From a virus (Duplodnaviria > Heunggongvirae > Uroviricota > Caudoviricetes): a DNA stretch of 17,077 nucleotides. The notes below the pieces were generated by a model that did not search any database, was not told the origin of the DNA, and saw nothing but the letters and a program-made list of their open reading frames with translations. The stretch is from IMG/VR virus record IMGVR_UViG_3300042868_014220; one strand, 5' to 3'. Numbering within the stretch: the stretch's first letter is position 1; the number at the start of each line of letters is the position of its first letter. The position numbers and the translations under genes were made by a program. Below are positions 14,577 to 17,077 of this stretch, one piece after another.

Positions 14577-15956
14577 TTATATCAATTCATATTTTGTCAT
14601 AAATTCACGAGTCTTTTCTTTGTGACAATTTTTATGTAACATTTGTAAATTACTTTCATCTGTTAATCCTCCCTTAGAATGTTCTACAATATGGTCAGCC
14701 TCAGCTTCTGACATGACAAGATGTTCACCACAAATAACACATTTGTTTTCTTGATTAGTTAAAATACGTACTTGCATGTCTTGAGGAAAAAAACGAGTTT
14801 TATCACGTTCTACAATGTGAATAAACTTATCAATATTATCTACCAAAAATTTAACTCTTTTTGCTGTATGACCATCCTGTCCGCGACCAAAGAAACTAAA
14901 ATAAGGTTGGTACCATTCTTTATTTATCTCATCATTCATATTGGCAACATTCGCTTTTTGGTATGCAACAAACTTTTTATTCTGAGCAAATACACTATTA
15001 AGTTTTACCATAGTAGAAATAATAAAGTTTTTCATATCATCCATAGTTATAAGTTTACCCATTCTTTTCAATTTAATGGTTGCAACCATAATATCACGAA
15101 GAGATGTTGAACCCGCCTGATAATTTTTATGTACTGTTTTATATTCAACAACCGCTGAAGTGATTATTTTTAAATACTTAATTACATTATTTGACTCACC
15201 ATCAATTTCTTTATCACCATGCATACTTAACAATTGTTTTGGAGTTGGGTCTTTAGTTAAATCTTTTTGAATCATATGATAAATAAGTTTTTCGTATAAC
15301 TCATTTACTTTATTACGACCAAACTTCTTAGATAAAATTAAAGATTGTTTTGTTATATCATCCATCTCAACTATTAAAGGTTTAATAATTGAATTAATGG
15401 TACTATAAAGTCCTCCACGTAATTCGGCAGGATTTAAGTTTGAACCATTATTCCATTTCATAAAAACATAAGATTTTAAAATATTTATCTTATCTCCATC
15501 AAGACCGTAATTATCAATTTCTGTTGTTTTAATTGGAGTGTTTTTTAATTTTTCACAACATTTAGAAAATTCTACGTTACCACGTTTAACATTATAGTAA
15601 AGTGTACTTGGTTCTAAATCGGAACTATTATATTCATAATCACCATCTATAAAGTTAAAAATTGATGTGAGTCTTTGTTGACCGTCGGCAACATAATAAG
15701 TTCCGTCAGCATCAATGAAAAAAACAACTTCAGTAAGAAGTTTAGGTGTATTTAATAATGTATGAATCAACATTACTTTTTTCTTATGGTCCCAATGAAA
15801 CCCACGTTGGAACCAATCTTGAAGAACAAGTTTTTTTTCTTGATACAGTTCGTATAATTCACGAATTGTTTTAGTATCTGATGAAATATTAATTTTGCGG
15901 TCTTTTTGGAATTGGGCCCCCATTTCCATTAGTTGTGATACTGAGAAATTTTTCAT
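14577..15956 (-). CDS. DUF262 + HNH protein (GmrSD-like, putative modification-dependent endonuclease)
   Basis: FQRGFHW and VADGQQRLTSIF are DUF262 signatures; C-terminal CVICG...EADHIVEHSKGGLTDESNLQMLHKNCH is an HNH domain. Start revised to ATG 15956 behind TATATTTG (15964-15971). Confidence 0.85.
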   Translation of the reverse strand: MKNFSVSQLMEMGAQFQKDRKINISSDTKTIRELYELYQEKKLVLQDWFQRGFHWDHKKKVMLIHTLLNTPKLLTEVVFFIDADGTYYVADGQQRLTSIFNFIDGDYEYNSSDLEPSTLYYNVKRGNVEFSKCCEKLKNTPIKTTEIDNYGLDGDKINILKSYVFMKWNNGSNLNPAELRGGLYSTINSIIKPLIVEMDDITKQSLILSKKFGRNKVNELYEKLIYHMIQKDLTKDPTPKQLLSMHGDKEIDGESNNVIKYLKIITSAVVEYKTVHKNYQAGSTSLRDIMVATIKLKRMGKLITMDDMKNFIISTMVKLNSVFAQNKKFVAYQKANVANMNDEINKEWYQPYFSFFGRGQDGHTAKRVKFLVDNIDKFIHIVERDKTRFFPQDMQVRILTNQENKCVICGEHLVMSEAEADHIVEHSKGGLTDESNLQMLHKNCHKEKTREFMTKYELI

Positions 15957-16040
15957 TATGGCACAAATATAATACATTTTGCCTATTTAAAAAAACTTAT
16001 TTTTAATTCTAAGATATTTCATTATCTTTGTATTTAATGT

Positions 16041-16334
16041 ATGACTAACGAGCTATTAGATAAAGTAATGAAACCATATTGGGAATCAAAATTTGATTCT
16101 ACTGAACTTGGATACTTTGATGAGTATAAAGACCCTTGGTTTGGATTTGTCCTTAATAATGAGATATTGGTTGGTTGTCCTGTAGAGGACTTATCAAGTG
16201 GTGGTTGGTTTTATGCTGGAACTGATTTTGTAGGTGGTGACGATATGTTTGATGTAACCCGAAAAGAATTTTTATCTGCAATGGTAAGATATCTTAATAA
16301 AACATATAACGTTGAAATTAAATCAATAATATAA
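16041..16334 (+). CDS. Hypothetical protein, ~100-aa family (leaderless, divergent)
   Basis: TATCTTTG at 16023-16030; MFDVTRKEFLSAMVRYLNKTYNVEIKSI resembles the family C-terminus. Confidence 0.8.
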   Translation: MTNELLDKVMKPYWESKFDSTELGYFDEYKDPWFGFVLNNEILVGCPVEDLSSGGWFYAGTDFVGGDDMFDVTRKEFLSAMVRYLNKTYNVEIKSII

Positions 16335-16454
16335 TCTGCAGTTGTTCGGTTAAAGTTTATCCCCCACCATTGCTGATGAGGGTCTTTATTTAACAAGGTA
16401 TGATTAACACCAGGAATTGTATCCAAAACAATATTAACATAATCTCGCTTTCTG

Positions 16455-16546
16455 CAGTCAGGACAGGACTCGAACCTGTATTACGACTGTCCATATTATC
16501 TGAGTCGACGCTTATTGGGTTGTGTAAACCATTCCACCACCTGACT
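16455..16546 (-). tRNA. tRNA-like element / pseudo-tRNA, anticodon not assignable
   Basis: Perfect 7-bp acceptor AGTCAGG/CCTGACT, D-arm GTG-GAATGGTTTA-CAC and T-arm ACAGG-TTCGAGT-CCTGT; the 42-nt middle lacks a canonical anticodon arm and there is no encoded CCA. Confidence 0.65.
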
Positions 16547-16552
16547 ATTTTA

Positions 16553-17077
16553 TTATAGATATTGTTGTAGATTATATTTGTCTATAATTTGTTTGAAGAT
16601 TTGTTGTCTATTTCTTTTTCCTAAAGTTTCTTTTTTACTAATAAAACCATAACCAAATCCATATGAACCACCAATTCCCACAACTTTCCAATAATTTTGT
16701 TCGTTTATAACTGTCGGCATTAAATAACCTGTAAACTTATAGGGCATATTATCTTTAGTCCCATATACAAAATCCCCCAATTCTTTTTCATTAGTTCTTA
16801 AACCCCGTTTACTAGAATTCAATCCCAATTCTTCAACCAATACATCGTGTATATACATTGCCATACCATCAGATGAATTATAAATCAATGGTATTTTTAA
16901 ATCCTTTGAAAACTCAATTTTATCACCATTGTAAAGAATTTTAATTAAATTTGAAACTCCTCCAACTAACTTGGAAGCCTTAGCTAACCCCAAAGAAGAT
17001 ATCATGGATTTTAAAGCATCAACCTTTGACTCTCGTTCTTCCCTCAATATTCGTTTTATTGATTCCTGTAAACTCAT
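16553..17077 (-). CDS. Hypothetical protein with MSLQESIKRILREE leader
   Basis: 174-aa ORF whose ATG is at the window edge; the leader resembles that of 13399..13809, so it is probably complete. Confidence 0.85.
   Translation of the reverse strand: MSLQESIKRILREERESKVDALKSMISSLGLAKASKLVGGVSNLIKILYNGDKIEFSKDLKIPLIYNSSDGMAMYIHDVLVEELGLNSSKRGLRTNEKELGDFVYGTKDNMPYKFTGYLMPTVINEQNYWKVVGIGGSYGFGYGFISKKETLGKRNRQQIFKQIIDKYNLQQYL

Noticed and set aside
3693-15977. Longer ORF-track starts (4148, 6530, 8988, 9387, 11361, 12645, 12692, 13006, 15977)
   Set aside because: The extensions run through promoter motifs, repeats or neighbouring genes; downstream ATGs fit the promoter and leader pattern.
16363-16382. 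CTGATGAG (16373-16380) as a hammerhead ribozyme core near the tRNA-like element
   Set aside because: No GAAA core or stem II/III follows; the sequence is better explained as a GCAA-loop hairpin on the minus strand.
13121-16426. ORF-track entries 13121..13363, 13415..13828, 13914..14204, 14294..14521, 14457..14639, 14772..15110 and 16211..16426
   Set aside because: Alternative-frame or antisense overlaps of well-supported CDSs.
1-17077. Stop-codon reassignment, as in some large phages
   Set aside because: Genes tile densely under the standard code, and TAG stops (7128, 9058, 13012) are followed by non-coding repeats rather than in-frame continuations.

Overview
AT-rich, gene-dense accessory region that most likely comes from a large dsDNA phage of a Bacteroidota host. 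This is an inference from three things: many TTTG-N20-TAnnTTTG promoters, no Shine-Dalgarno sites, and short phage-type ORFs; no core virion or replication gene is in the window. It holds about 33 CDSs, mostly small hypotheticals on the minus strand left of ~10.5 kb and on mixed strands to the right. About 11 ORFs share one ~100-aa domain. Many ORFs begin with a Glu-terminated leader (MKYIITE, MKKIIKLTE, MNLQE types) and sit behind a second promoter-like motif, TATTTAT. Recognisable products are a multi-domain HNH endonuclease, a PD-(D/E)XK-like nuclease between inverted repeats, a ParB/Srx-like protein, a DUF262+HNH (GmrSD-like) protein and a truncated Bacteroidota-type secreted protein. Non-coding features include repeated promoter-proximal cassettes, a tRNA-like element with an abnormal anticodon region, two convergent candidate structured RNAs, and a ~1.6 kb segment with DnaA boxes, G-tracts and inverted composite elements that looks origin-like. 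All product calls come from motif recognition by eye; no database search was run.
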